Notes: generated from the sequence alone by a model not told the origin. A stretch of DNA of 64,000 nucleotides from Eledone cirrhosa (GCA_964016885.1 OZ024740.1:162998001-163062000), one strand, 5' to 3'; shown: positions 38,763 through 53,656, numbered from the stretch's first letter. Translations and numbers: made by a program.

Positions 38763-39470
38763 TTCTTTCATTACCATATATCTAATGAGCCTGATTTTGT
38801 AATCATTTTGAAAATAAATAAAAAATTTGAAGATATTTAGTGAAATAATCAACTTTCTTATTATTGATCAACCCCAGTGATGCACTGGAGTTGATTTAAT
38901 CGCCCCCCCCCTCCCTCCACTTCCAATAAAAAATAGTTGTTGACCTTGAGCCAAAATCAGAAACCATTATTAAGCTGCTGTGGATTGGCAGTATCGGTAG
39001 AGAGTCGGACACCATGCTTTGAAGCATAGAGTTACGTCCCTTTATGATCCGAGTTCAAATCCTGCCGAGGTTAACTTTGCCTTTTATCTTTACGGGGTCG
39101 ATAAAATAAAGTACCAGTAATACACTGGGTAATTGCTGGCCTTGTGCCAAAAGTAGAAACAATTATTAAGCTGCTGTTTGGAGCATAGATTAACAAAGGT
39201 TCTTACACAAAATTATGAGGGAAAGTTTTTAAATAGATATAAATATTTAAATATGGGTTAAATAGTCTCATCAACCTACAATTGGCCAAGTGTGGTGAGT
39301 ACAGCTACACCCTTGACATGACCAAAACCAAAGAAAGCAGTGGAGGTCAACTAGGAAGGGGCTCCTTCAATAGGAGTGAGAAGGACCTGGATTGGATTTG
39401 AAATATTTCAAATGAAAGGTTTTGTTTCATAGAATCAGAGAAGGTTTCAGCTAGGTTGGTATGAAAAGGG
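38763..39470. mobile_element. piggyBac-like MITE interrupted by nested insertions
   Basis: Reverse orientation of the 32902 family, ending AAAGGG|TTAA. Confidence 0.65.
38982..39161 (+). mobile_element. Young Meta-type SINE with 16-bp TSD
   Basis: TSD attattaagctgctgt at 38966-38981 and 39162-39177; A and B boxes and core intact. Confidence 0.9.
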
Positions 39471-40699
39471 TTAAAAAAAAGGTACATAAACTGAATAATG
39501 TAGTCTTAGATATACTGCCCAAAAGATGTTTGTATGATGTTTGACCATTCAAATTTGTTAAACATATTTGTATACCTTGAAGTGATACAATTAAATACAT
39601 ATTCATAAATCCTGCATAGACAAATTCTATGTACCATTTTATATAAATAAAATGTATATGATATTACCTATAGAGGCATATCAATTAAGGATACAATAAG
39701 AAACTACATTGGTTATAAGACAGGAAATATTTTCTTTAAATTAAGTGGATTTTAACCAATTCAACACTTTCTTGAAATAGAATGCAACCTGTGTTTCAAT
39801 TAATTTTGAAAATAATCGAAATTTTGGAAGGATTTAGAAAAATAACTCAATTTATTCAATAATAAGTTAATGTTTGGACATAAAAGCTTTTTAAAATAAA
39901 AATATGATAAAAAGTTTTAAGCTGAATTGAATCACAGAGCCACAGACAGTGTAAGGTGGCTGGGTATGAAAAAGATTTTAAGTAAAGCAAATATAATAAT
40001 GTACCTTCCTCTGGTGTACAATTGAATATGAATTCTGGAATACAATTCACTCACATGTGACCTAAATTAAGGTCAGTAGTTTACTTTGAACTCATAATCA
40101 CCAAGTCACGATAAAGAAAATTATAAATATGTAGCTACTATCATTGTCTTTCTTCCAATGCTCCTTCCTCTACCACCCTCTCACTTCAATCGCTGTTTCT
40201 CCCACCATACTCTCTCCTTACTCACCCTCTCGTTCTGGCATTTCTTGCCATGGCTCTTACTTCTATTGACCTTCTTGATCACACTGCCTTGAATGAATGG
40301 AGACAGGACCCTCTAGCCATGTTGAGGATATAACAACCGCGCTAGTGCTGGTGCTATAATATGTACCCAGCACACTATAGAAAGTAGTTGTTGTTAGGAA
40401 GGGTATCCCAAAATGGAATGTATGGTCCCCATTTCATCTGAGAGAGTAGAAACTCTAAGTAGTATGAACTAATTTGGACAGTGATGACCTATCCAACCCA
40501 TGCCTGCATGTGAAATGGTCATGATGATGATGAAATTTATTAATGTGTATATGTTTACAATGTTATATTTTCTGAGATGAAATAAATAGTCTAAGATTGG
40601 CATATTTGAATAGTTTATTCTCTGAAATATGCAAATGTTCATACCAACCAGCATACAATCCAAATCTAGAGTCTTCTCACTCCTGTTGAGGTGACCGCT

Positions 40700-41160
40700 C
40701 CCTGGTTGACTACCACTGCTTCTTATCTCTTGCCCTACTGAACCAATGTAGGGCCAAGGTATCAGGTCAGTTCTTCACACCAACTTGTCTTTGGCCGCTC
40801 TCTAATTCTTCTCCACTGCCTTGCTGTCTACTCTGTCACTAATAGTCCACCTGTTGTCTCCGAGACAAGAGACATGGCCATCCCATCTATGTTTGTCATT
40901 CTTGATGGTCTTAATTATGCCCTTCACTCCAGTCTCCTGTCAGATCCAGGTGTTGCTCTTTTTGACATGTAAGGTGATGCCGAGCATGATTCGTTCCCTT
41001 TTACATTGGGCCACAGCAAGAGTCACTGTAGTGGTGGTGCTGACTCCTCATGTCTCACTTCCATAAGTCATCAGTGGTAGAACATATTAATTAAACAGCT
41101 TTCTCTTGGTTTTCATTGTTGACTTGGGACTTCTAATGTTGTTATAAACTTTTTCAAAAA
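40700..41160 (-). mobile_element. Decayed RTE LINE 3' fragment
   Basis: LMTYGSET, RIMLGITL and GH remnants on the minus strand. Confidence 0.7.
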
Positions 41161-42689
41161 TTCACCCAGCCAATATGATATTGAACAACTATTGAGTGAT
41201 TTGCTAATCACTAACTAATTCATAAAATATGAAGAAGTTTATGATCCCTTGAGAAGGTTAAATAAGACTAAAACATGTCTGGGGCTTGTCTCCATACTTG
41301 CTGAAATAATTAAAACAATATATGTCATTGATTAATATCTTTTTTTCTTCACTGTATAATTATTTCTAGATGGCCATACTAATGTCCATTGTATAAAATA
41401 TGTTAACACCAATGTAACAATTGTACATATATCACCTTGAGAACAATATTTCAAACCAAAATGGCAAAGAAATATATTAGTAAGCAAACAGAGTAATTAC
41501 AGTTTTCATATGTTATGAGTTGTTTTATTTAATATCTTTTATGACTTGCCAGAGCATTTGTTTTCCAGTACCTAATAACTTCTTGTCCAAGGTATAGGAA
41601 TGGTATGTTATCTCCATCTAATAGACTGACATGTTATTGATAAAGACAGAACAAGAACAATATCTGTAACTGGATTAAATCCAACAACCAATGAATCAAT
41701 AATATCCCAGCACCTTAACCACTCACTTACTCCCACACAATATATCTTCAATAAAAACAAGCATAATACTGAAAAACAAAAGTTAACATATTGCATGTTT
41801 TCTCAATCCTCAGTGGAAGATCTAAAGGAGATTTTTGGACAAAATATGAGTCGGGGAGAGAGAGAGATTACCAAATATACAGAGCATACAAAGCAATAGA
41901 AACAAAAGAGAGGAGGCGGGAACAACAATTACATAAATAGAAAAGAAACAGATAGAATGGATTTTTTTTTTTTTGTAATTCTATATTAAAAAATTTAAGT
42001 AAGAAAGAAGAATATTCCTTTAACATGAAAATAAATACAAAATCAAAAAATAAATTCATATATTTCTTCCATGATAGTGGATGTTGGTAAAATTACAATT
42101 GAAGCTATCTAATGTAATTATACAAAAGAATTACACAGCATACCAATATTTTATGCTGCCTTAACTTATAGATCAATGATATTATTTTCTTTTTTCTTTC
42201 CACCGTCAAATATTTTCCAGTCCAAAATTTTCCCCAGAGAACAGATACATAAATGAATTGGAAAGGTATCAAGTATAAAAATTTTGAACCATTCCCCAGA
42301 CAGGAAATGAGAAGGCACATTGCCATTCCAACTGAAAATTAGTGCAGAGAATATCCATAATGGGTAAACAACTTGCGATATGGTTGAACAAAATATGAAA
42401 ATCATTGGTTAATAAGAACAAAAGACCAGAAAGTTAAGTAAATTTGTAAAACTTCAACGTAATCTTATGAAGATAACTTCAAAAGAAAAATGCAATTCTA
42501 TGTCAGTGAAAAATTTTATTTTTTTTCTTTTTCAAAAATATTCTAAGATGACATAGAAGTCTTTCACATTTCCTTGATCAAAATAAAAAAAAAAATAAGA
42601 AAACGTAGCAAGTAAGAATAGGTGTCCTTCTTAATCTGTTTCTTTCATAAATATTTTCATTTTCTTTGTGTAATAGTAGTGTGCATGAA

Positions 42690-43620
42690 TGACAAAGAAT
42701 CAGTGAACTGAGAGAGAAACTAGGCATAAGATGGGCCCGATGCAGTGCATAGGAGAGGAAATTCTAATGGTTTGGGCATGTGATGTGTATGGAGGATGAC
42801 AGCTGTATAAAAAGGAGCAGGGCAGTCAAAGTCTATGGTAACTATGGAAGAGAAAGACCTAGGAAAATTTGGGATGAAGGATGAAAGTTGATCTTGTCCA
42901 ATTAAACCTTACAAAGGAAATGACACAGGATCATGATATCTGGTGTCAAGCTGTAGTGCAGAAGACCCACTCTCCCATGTGCACAAAAAAAAAATGAAAT
43001 GAAACAAACATGTAGAAGATACACTAGGCTGTACCAATCTTCTCTCCAGCCCCAACCCTATTCACTCTCCTGATATTAATACCCCGATTTCACTTGCTAA
43101 ATATGCCAAACACTATACACCTGCTAAATATCCCATGCAGTGTCAAACTTGCTTACCTGTCCCCACTACCCTCACCCCTGATACACCTTGCTTGCTCAAC
43201 TCATGAAATCCCCCAACATCTGATCTCCCACAATGTTGTTGCCATGACAAAAAGCAAAGTCCACCTTGTATGCTGATCCTGTGTCACAACAAAAGCACCC
43301 AGTCCATCCTGTAAGGTGGTTCTGTTGGTGACACAAGAAAAAAACACCTACTCAACACTGTAAGGTGGTTGTGTTGGTGACAATATAAAATACCTGGTTC
43401 ACCCTGTAAGGTGTTCATTTTGGTGCCACGATATAAAGCACCCAGTCTACACTGTAAATGGGTGGTGATAGGAAGGGCATCTAGCCATAGAAACTGAGCC
43501 AAAATACAGATCTGTATGAATATGTTATGGTCTCTGGATCTGACTTGTCTCATAATGTGAAAACCCATCTAACCCATAGAAGTGTGGAAAAAATAGATGT
43601 TAAATGATAATGATGCTGAT
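42690..43620 (+). mobile_element. Old RTE LINE 3' end with long 3' UTR
   Basis: WFGHVM/DDSCIK/RPRKIW remnants, then tandem 'cacccag...ctgtaaggtgg' units, the aggaagggcatc motif and an (ATG)n tail. Confidence 0.75.
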
Positions 43621-44065
43621 GATCCATTCTTTCCTGTTAACTTAAGTGGGAAAATCTTTGCTGTAAATTTGGGTCTTGTTGACAGTCAATCAGACTGAAA
43701 TATAAAACATTTTATGACTAAAATAGTAAAATTTGAACTATGACCAAGTATTTCAGTACCCCAATCTCACAGTCCTTGCACCTTCAATGTTACAGAGGAA
43801 GGTAATACAAAAGATACCCCTGAAATAAAATTGTTGATAATAAGCCAATGAAAATCCTATACATGGTAGCTCAGCCTGCTAGAAATAGCAGCTAAATTTC
43901 CTTAAATTATATACCACTGTCTTTAAAAAAGGACAGTTTAGATAAAGATAATGCAATCCTAATTATTTATAAGATATACAGTCACAACTTTAATGCCTTT
44001 CATTATAGGTCAACTTAATCAGAGTTCACCTGGGACAAAACAAAAATATTTTCAAGCCTCTACAT

Positions 44066-44333
44066 CAGGGTTTCCCAACCAGGGGTTCTCGCACCCCATG
44101 GGGGTGTGAGATAGCATTCCAGGGGATGCAAGATAATATTTCAGTATTTTGTTTTTTATTAATAGTATTATTGTAATATTTATTCTTGGATTTAATGGTA
44201 TTATTGTTGGTATGTTAGGTTCTCCGTTTTTCCTCCAATCAACCTTATCCATATTTTTATTTCTTTTTTTAGATTATAATTCTTAACTTTTTGATAATGA
44301 TTTAAATTTAATCATATTAACCCTTCATTGTGT

Positions 44334-44368
<35 letters not shown>

Positions 44369-44533
44369 AAATGCAATGATGATTATGTGCATTTTGGTTT
44401 CACTTGCATGAGAAAAACTGAAGATTAGCAAAAACCCCAGTGCATGCTTTGTAATATCCTAAAATAAATTATTACTTTTTTAAGGGGTATGAGAACATTA
44501 AAAGATTTTAGGGGTGAGAGTATGAAAACACTG
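44066..44533. mobile_element. hAT-like non-autonomous element
   Basis: Termini CAGGGTTTCCCAA...ATGAAAACACTG; imperfect 8-bp TSD ctctacat/ctgtaaat. Confidence 0.6.
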
Positions 44534-45479
44534 CTGTAAATGATTGTTTGAAATATCAGAAAAACTAGTCAAATCTCCTCAAATCAAACTTAAAAAGGAA
44601 GGGCATATTTGATAATGTTCTATATACATTATTTATGGGGGAGTAAGATTATTTTCTTCATGTATTTTACTAGCTGTGTACGAAATCAAAATATAAAGAG
44701 CTCCAAAAAAGTATGATACTATTTACAAAGAAGAGAATAAAAATTTCTTAGCAATGGAATGAAGTGGTTCTTTATTGAGAATGTGCTTATCAGGTTAGTG
44801 AGGCCATCAAGAAGGATTATAGTGCAAACTATCATCCTTTTCATGATAGCCTGTAAAAGGAGCATTTTATGCAAAGTTGTTTATATCTTACAAATTTTGA
44901 AATATTATTTAATGACACTAAAAATGGTAGGTTTTTGTTTACCACAAACAGGTTTGTTGATTACTCAACAGCAACTAGTTAATATTTTTCTTTACAGTTT
45001 TTTTAGCCTGGAAGAGTAGAATCTTCACACAAAATGATTCCAGACAATTTGTCCATGATAGGGGCAGCTGAATTTATTAAATTTTGTTATGTCATGAATA
45101 TTACATTTGAATGTTATCCTAGAATACTTTTTCTTGGTGTAGAGTTGTGATAAACTTTGAACATTAGTCTCAAGTGAACAGCTAAATTTATTTCATAAAC
45201 ATTTAGTATTTTATCATCAAGCATTAAAAGCTAAGAGTGTGAGCCTCTGGGAGCCTTTGATTTAATCTTGACTGCAGATTTTTGTAAATTATGAAGCTTA
45301 ATTTTGTCTTGACATAACCCCAAGCTAGGTTGGTGTATATTAAATATAGATTAACAAAAGAAAAATATATTTTCATTGCTTTGTTGTCCAAAAACTTATG
45401 CCCTCTACAGATTATTCCAATTAGTGTTGATAGTTTAGATTCTATTGCTTGAATGTGCAGGTCTTCTAAGAAACTCAGA

Positions 45480-46055
45480 CATAAAGTTTACTTTTACATC
45501 ATTCTTTTACTTCAGCAAATAACTTTTTCCTGATATCAATAGTCTTTTTCAAGAAATCCTTATTTACATTGATTTCATGTTCCCACTATTTCAGTTCTCT
45601 GAACTTTTCCAAGTCAGATTCATGGTCCTCAAAATATACGGACTTAGCTACAATTGTTCACTTTTTGCTGGCCTCTTTCTTCACTATGTGGTGAACCCAC
45701 TCAATTTTTATTTCTTTTTGAAGCCCCAAAGTCTTTTTGAAGAATGTCATTAACTTGCTATTGAACTTCACTCATGTTTCATCACACTCACCTTCTAGGA
45801 AGCCATTAAAACAGAGGTTATTTCATCACAAATGATCCTCCAGTTCCAAGAGCTTTATCTCCTGTTTCTCGCATTCTTCTAATGCCTCATCTCATTGCTT
45901 TACAATATCTTTCACTTATTCCTCAAAAGTGTTGCTATGAAATTGAGCACTTTCTTTTAATTCCTTTAACTCAAGTTGCATAACAGCATTCTCCTCTGTC
46001 AGTTTATTAATCTTGGCCGCTAATCGATTTATGGTTATGGTGAAGAATTCCATAA
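45480..46055 (-). mobile_element. Decayed LINE ORF1 (coiled coil plus L1-ORF1-like RRM; L2/CR1 type)
   Basis: MEFFTITINRLAAKINKLTEENAVMQLELKELKE...LELED..NNL.FNG..IE..H..TIVAK..VNKDF.KKTIDIRKKLF, with stops. Confidence 0.7.
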
Positions 46056-49000
46056 TCATCACTTTGTTTAACTATGATTTCTTTCAACTAAGAATAAATT
46101 TAAATATGCTAGTGCTAAATATATCCTTTCTCACCAGATTAAACACAGTAATAATTTTTACATGAATAACTGAGTAATTCCACGTAGTGTGTAATATTAT
46201 TATTCAGTTCACATTAAAAAAATAGAAATGTCTTTACCATTTTGGATATAATTACTACATAGTAGATACAGTAACAAAAAACAGGGGGGATAGAAAATAA
46301 CAGAAAAACGAAATGGGAAAATATTTCAAATAATAACACTTACTGCTCTCAGAATTACTTCAACTCCACAATGTACATAACAAAAGTCATGAACAACTAT
46401 AGTAGTCCAGGGAAATTGATCACAGTCCCTCAACAAGCCACATTGTAACACAAATCATTAGATGAGTAAATAAATAAATATCGGCTGTTGTAGTAGTAAG
46501 GTGTAGTTTAGTGATATCAGTGTTATATAGTTGATTTATAAGCAAAATAATAAAAACAACATAAACACGAAAAAAGTTTAAACTTAATACTGTTATCGTA
46601 ATTCTTGAGACATTCAGATTATTCAGGATAGTTGAGTGGTAATGGCCAGAATGCCTCTGGACATAGTTTTGCTTGATCATAACTAACCTGGAGCTAAACA
46701 ACAGCAACAATAAACATCTTAGAATATGATATAGTTATGGTAAAAAATGTTTAAATAATTGTAATGCTATTAAATTAAAATCATTATGGCAAGCAAAAAT
46801 GTATCTATGATTCCACTAGAAATTAATGCACTTCTGTAAAAGCACTCATTGACTAGTTAGGGTCTGTAAATATTATTAAAGCCTTTGCATTTCACATATA
46901 AGCTTTAACATACAAAATGACATGGCTGGAATATCTTTGCTCATAGATCTGCTCCATTTGAGTTGACCTGTGGCTAAACAACAACAACTACAACTGTGGC
47001 AAAAGTTCCTGAATACAGTAATAGGTTCAATATAAGATTTAACCTAATTTAGTAGCAGTTACTGTATGAAAATCAATTGTTATAGAATTGTCGAATCAGT
47101 CAACACAAAGACCATTGGATTTTATGAGACAACAATTTGAAATCAATATCATTTTATGTCTACATAGTAAAACTATTGCAACCAGTAAGTGTGTGTGTGC
47201 GAACATAATTATAGCAAGGAGAAAAAGACCTCTACTCACCCAAGTGATATATAAATATATTCTTTGTCTAAAAACACTTAATAATTGGACAAGCTACAAT
47301 ACATATTATTGTTGTCAAAGTAGTACTTGCTTGTTTAGATTCCCAGGTCAACCCTTATGGAGAAAATCTATGATTAAATGCATTCCAGCTATGACCATGT
47401 TGTATTTTTATATATCAGACCCTACATAGTCAAATGTCCCTTTCCTTTTTTTTAAGGTTGTAGGGTATGATTAGAGGGAGATTAGGCTGCTTTTTCCAGA
47501 AGCACAAACAACTACAAAGATGCTCCCTCATTGGTTCAATATAGTTATAGTTGTTGATTGTTGTTTCATATTTGCTTTACTATGCCGGTATCAACTGCTG
47601 GTATTGGTAATTTAGTGCTGAGAGATCTTTGTAACTCTCTGCAATTATTTTTAACAAGGTAATCTAATCTAAATAAGGTAATGTGTTTTACTTAACAGTT
47701 TAATGTAATGGTTATAATGAAATTTGAACCATGGCATTTAGACAAATAATACAGCACCATAATATCACCAGTTCTTTAGGCTACCTATTATGGAGTGAGA
47801 AGGAGGTTAAAAGAAATATAAAGTTGTTGTGGTCACCAGTATTGCTGATGTCAATTTCTTGCAACCACTTCCATTACTTTGTTACTTTAGCTTCTATGGT
47901 ATCTTGAAACAAAATGTAATTAAACCCTTCAAAGTCACTACAAATGTTACACCTTGTAATCTTTGATAATCTTTCCTGCTGAGCCTACATCTATAACCTT
48001 GTTAAAACGACACCACCTTAAAGGATTTTATTAAACTTTATTGACAAAAATACTTTTGACAATAAGATATTGAGGATACAGAATTTAATATTGCATAGTA
48101 TTTTTATCCAACATACCGATCTTTTTCATTTTTGCTTTTGAATGTTCACACATACCACTCACACACAAATATATACATATGTTGGTTTCTTGCTTAGTTT
48201 CTATCTACTAAATTTCACTCACAAAGTATTAGTTGACTTGAGGCTTTATTAGAAGATATTTGCCCAACATGCAGTGCTGTAGGATAAAACTGAGACCAAG
48301 TGGTTGTGAAGTAAATTTATTTACCACTCAGTCACAATTGTCATAAACACACACACACACACACACACATAACTAAGACAATAGGGTACTAGAGGCTGTA
48401 ACTGTTGCTTGTGGCTCTTCATTTTATTCACACTACCACATCATCAACTACACCTTATTATGGAAGATTATTTCAAAGGGATATATAAATCATGTTGACA
48501 GAATTGCATTCATCTCACTTAAATAGATCTTCAACAAAATGGTTGTCAGGTTGTAAAACGATTATTTAGTCATTGAAAAATGAAATGGTTCATTCATACT
48601 TGTTTGCAGTGCTCTATCCCAAAAGGTATCAGAGAGAAACCAAGGAGTTAGTCAATAGTTATTAGCACTGAATGCAACTGTCTTATGAATGCTTTTGATA
48701 GAAGGCCATCTTGTAAATAGCACATAGAAATCTTTACAAGAGACAGTAGCAGCAACAGTATTTACAACCCCCCACTGCTGTTATCCTCACTATTACCACC
48801 ATCATCAATAGCTGCTTTAAAGTACTGTTAGCTTGAATACAACGTTAATCTAATATATATGAACACTAGGCAACAAAGATCCTTTGAGCTTCATGTCATC
48901 TCTTCCAAGATACATAGAAAACTGGTTTCCAATAATAGTTGCCTGTTCTCCATGTGCATCCAAGGTGATGAGCAGAGTGACATTGATTATATATCATATT

Positions 49001-49661
49001 ACATACATTTAACATATTAAAGAAACATCCCATTCTTGTCAGATATCTGATTATGATTTTTCTTTAGCAGTTTGTTGGCTGGTTTAAAAGTAAAATTCAT
49101 CTTACTTCTTGCAGAATAATGTTTTCTGTCACATTTCCCCACTACTGTCTATTTTATTTGCGTTGATTAATGTTGTTGTTGGTGTGTGAGGTCATGATAA
49201 TAGGGTCAATGACAGAGACACCAGCAGACATGGTGGGGAATTTGGTGGCAGCAAAGAAATCAGAATAAGCTAAAAGAAATTCCTAGCTAATCTAACGATA
49301 CACTGCTTCCCTTTAAAACAATAATAAATAAAAAATATATTTAATTCTGCAGTAATTCTCTCTATTAGGGATGTAGTTGTCTAATTGGTAGTATAGTATA
49401 TAAGCTAAAAGGTTAACAGTTCACATAATACCACCAGAAGTGCAGAGTGACCATAACCAAGGCAATACTCAAGTAGATTAGTTCCCATTATTTCTAAATA
49501 GACACCATAAACGGTAATTTCTTTTTCCAAATGTAAAAATATTTTATAAGATTGCAGCATTTAGTCCAAATGTGGAAAGATGACTTAAGTACACTACATA
49601 AAAATGTCCTGACAGTGACTTGATAATTTATGAGTTCTTACAATATCAGTTTAAGGGATTC

Positions 49662-49815
49662 TACAATGTAGTCTCTATTACAGTTCAATAGTATATGGAA
49701 CAATGGAGTCTCTATTGTAAGTTCAATAGAATATGGGACAATGGGATCTCTATTGTAGTTCAACAAATTATAGGACTCAAAAATGCTCTGCAGTAACTCA
49801 ATAGGTTATGAGACA
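49662..49815. repeat. Degenerate ~33-bp minisatellite
   Basis: Units like acaatggagtctctattgtagttcaatagaatatggg, 4-5 copies. Confidence 0.8.
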
Positions 49816-50938
49816 TCTCTATCTCATGTAATTACACAAATACAAATGAACCAAACCTGCTAGAAATAACACTTAATTCTTTCAAATCCCATCCTGCTAT
49901 CTTTAAAAAATCACATTGGATGAATGTAGTTTAGGTGAACTGTCCCTTTGCTAGAAAGGTTAACAGTCCTTATAGGTTGAAAGGTTAACAGTCCTTATAG
50001 GTCTGCTCAGTTAGGTCTGACCTTGGACTAAACAACACTTTTTTTTTTAAAGTTGTTATGTCTCACACCAGTGCAGGCCTCGCCAGATTCCTATGAGGTT
50101 GCATCCCATGGGAAGTTTCCCTGCTTCTTTATTGATAAAGATCAAAGTTCTATCATGTCATCATTTTCCTGTGACAGGAGGTGGGATATGAACTGAAAAT
50201 TATTAGAGCTGGAATAGTTACTGCAAGTTATCCCATCTGACAGACTAACAATTCCACCAATCCACTATTCAAAACCAGTACTCTGAAAGGATGTAAGGCA
50301 TAGTTGACCTCGGCAGTAGCTGGAGTTAAGCCTGCAACAGACTTATGTCTCTTCCAGGGCTGAGTCTTGTACTCACAGTCACATAACACAAACAAAACCA
50401 GGATAATCAGCAGCCTGATGAGCAACTCTTGGCTTCAGAGAGAGAGACAGATAGGACAGACTTCCTTTGAACACTTGGTGTACACTTAATATATGTTTAT
50501 ATAATTTAAACATTAGATAGACAGGAGGGAGAGTAACTCAATCATAAATCAGTTCACTGAAGATATGCACCTAAATCTTTTTTCGTGTGTATGGGAACAT
50601 TTATGACTATAATCATTGATTTACAACCAGAATCAATAATAGTTTTATAGTTATGGAAAGCAGCAGAAGAAATAATCAATGAATTTTCTTTTAACAATAA
50701 AGTTGACTTTGACTTTAAATATTTCTCATTTCAGGCCCTCAAAAAATACAAACATAGTGTACCAGAATTACCAATTTAAACTGTTTTATGCTTCAAATAA
50801 AGTCCTACTTTTTATGATTTATATATATTAATAAATATATATATATATATATATATATACTTCCAAACCCATGCAAGCGTGGAACACGGACGCTAAACCT
50901 GATGATGATGATGATGATGATGATACTTATATATCAGC

Positions 50939-51797
50939 GCCTTGCACTGGAGAAACACCAGGACTCTGGCTTTACTGTATCACCGGCTCAGAGCAGGAGA
51001 GTTGGGGCGAAAAAGGTATCGGATGCTGAATTTGCCGACGACATAGTTTTGGTGACAAATACAGTGAAGGAGGCAGAGGATTTAATGCGGGAGGTTGAGA
51101 CTGTGTCGATGAGTGTGGGGCTGAGAATGAATGAGACTAAAACAAAATATCTGGTAGAGAATGTTGAGAAGCCAGAGGGGATCACTAATGTAGGCGGGAA
51201 GCCGCTGGAATTGGTTGAGGACTTCCTGTATTTGGGAGCAAAGATTGGGAATACAGAAGATGATGTGGTTGAGAGGAAGAGCAAGGCCTGGGCGGCATGT
51301 CACAGCTTGAGATCGGTGTGGAAGTCGGACCTTCGTAGAGACCTGAAAATCCGCCTCTTCATTGCTGTAGTGGAGTCTGTGCTGCTGTATGGTTCTGAGA
51401 CTTGGACACTGACCAAGAGACTCACTCAGATGGTGGATGGGTGCTACACGAGAATGCTGAGGATGGCTCTGAACATTAATCAGTATACACTGAGGATGAA
51501 AAACTCAGAGCTGTATGGGAGCATCCCAAAAGTCAGCTCAAAAGTGACACAGAGGAGACTGAGGTTGGCTGGACATGCTCACCGACATCCAGAGTTGACA
51601 TTGCACTCAGTGCTCCTTTGGGAGCCCCTACATGGACACACTAGAAGAGGAAGACCAAGGTTAACATATGTTGATGCCCTAAGGACAGACACTGGTCTGT
51701 TGGAGATGCAGGATATGGCAGCGATAATGAGGGACAGAGACCGCTGGAGAGAACTCGTCCATGGATCTCGGGAATTTTACCCGCCTTAGATAGATAG
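50939..51797 (+). mobile_element. Young RTE-clade LINE, 5'-truncated, with uninterrupted RT C-terminal ORF
   Basis: EFADDI, GLRMNETKTK, FLYLG, LLYGSETW, RRLRLAGH, RGRP; stop at 51789; (TAGA)n tail; TSD atatcagc at 50931-50938 and 51798-51805. Confidence 0.95.
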
Positions 51798-52858
51798 ATA
51801 TCAGCATCATCATTGTCATCATTTAATGTCCATTTTCCATGCTCGCATGGGTTATTTATATATATATATATATATATATGACTTTTTTTTGTTTTCCGAA
51901 GCTGCTATCTTCTGAATGCATTAGTCCTATTCAGGATTTAACAAAAAGTGTTTTTATAGAAATCCATTAAAAAAATACATATACCTAGATTGTATTCAAT
52001 TAATTGCTTTGATATTAGAAAAGATACAGGAAAACAATTTAAACTTTTATAAACATTCAAAAAGTTACTTGAATTTAATTTAACACACTAATTTAATTTA
52101 ATTGAATTTAATTTAACACACTAATGCATGAAAGAAGTAAATATATACACTTTGAAGAAAATATCTGAATAGCCAAAAAGTAAACACACAGAAGGTAATT
52201 GAGCAGTGCAGGTCAACCAATCAAATGAAACATTTATCAGATGCAATATATGTTCTTCATTTTAAAGACAATTGAGAGTCTGTTAACCTTTCCCTGATCA
52301 TATTTCGAATGTTTCAATTAGTAAATTCGGAGAAACTTTGATGAATAACTTTTTCATTTTAAAGCTCATTTATTTTAACAAAAAATTATTTAAACATAAA
52401 TTATGATGAAAAAATTTAATTTAACACACTAATGTATATTGTTTCCCAGATCAGGACACCCAGAAAAATATATAATGTAGAGTATTTATTAATTGTAAGT
52501 AATTACAGAATGAAAATTACTCACTGCAGATGTATGAATAAATAAACTTTACTCAAGAAAATATGACTGGTCATATAGCTGTAAACTTAATAAACCCAAA
52601 AGAGACCATCAACCAAAGAATTTTTATTTTGACCTATTTGGACTACATTTTACTCATTCTGAACCATACATACTCTTGTAGTAATTTTCCAGGGTCTCTC
52701 ATATGGCGTGTTAAAGCAAATTAAATACATTTTGTATAAAGAAAATTATGTACCACACATATAAATATGTAACACACAGGGTTGGTTTTCCTTTAAATAG
52801 ATGAATACACTTTAAAGACAACCAGAGTCAAGAGATAAATAATGGATAACAATATTAA

Positions 52859-53078
52859 CCCTTCAACATTTAAACCGGCCATATCCGGCCAGAAATCTCT
52901 CACCTCTTTCTGTCCAAACTGGCCATAACTGGCCACTCATAAAGAAATGAAGGTATTTTTCTCAAAATAAATAATATCAAAATCTCATAGATTTGATATT
53001 ATGTGAGATAATTATAAAAGGTAAAGCCTTTACCGTAAAAATAAATAGTAAATATAGAGTAATGTAAATGCTAAAGTG
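52859..53078. mobile_element. piggyBac-like MITE (second family)
   Basis: TTAA|CCCTTCAACATTTA...TAAATGCTAAAGTG|TTAA. Confidence 0.85.
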
Positions 53079-53656
53079 TTAATCAACAATTAGATTAAAA
53101 ACGATATACAATTGTAAATCACAATAAAAAGAAATGATTAATAAATGTAGACTGTTTCTGATGTAAATTTGTAAATTGTAAAATGTTTTGTAAAAAAATG
53201 CAAGTGTCTTTTGTGGTTATGAAAACGGAAAAGGAAGGGAAAGGCAAGGGCTCTAGGGTCACAGAAGAATTTTATGGGAAGGGGGAGAGTAATGGGCTCT
53301 AGGCAGTGTTGGGGCTGCACCCCATGGACAAGACTGTAAATAAAAAACAATCTTCATTATAAAAGTATTTTCTTTTTTCAGTTTTAAATTTAGAAATTGC
53401 TGATAAATCTCACTTTTAAAATTGATGGGTTTTCTTTAATAAATCAATGTATTTGATAAACTTTATAGACATAGATGTTTTCACATAACTGAAATTGTTC
53501 AAAATAAACTTATAGTGTTTGAAAGATATAGATATATAATAAATTGGTTACTACATTAAATATATAGTAAAATAACAGCTGAATGTAGTAGATGTGAATT
53601 GGTAGTTTAATTGTCTCAAAAGAATGTTCCTTTTGGATGATTAAATATGAAACCTT

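Noticed and set aside
50902-51789. 295-aa ORF as a host gene
   Set aside because: The poly-Met start comes from a neighbouring (GAT)n tail; the rest is a truncated RTE RT with a TSD.
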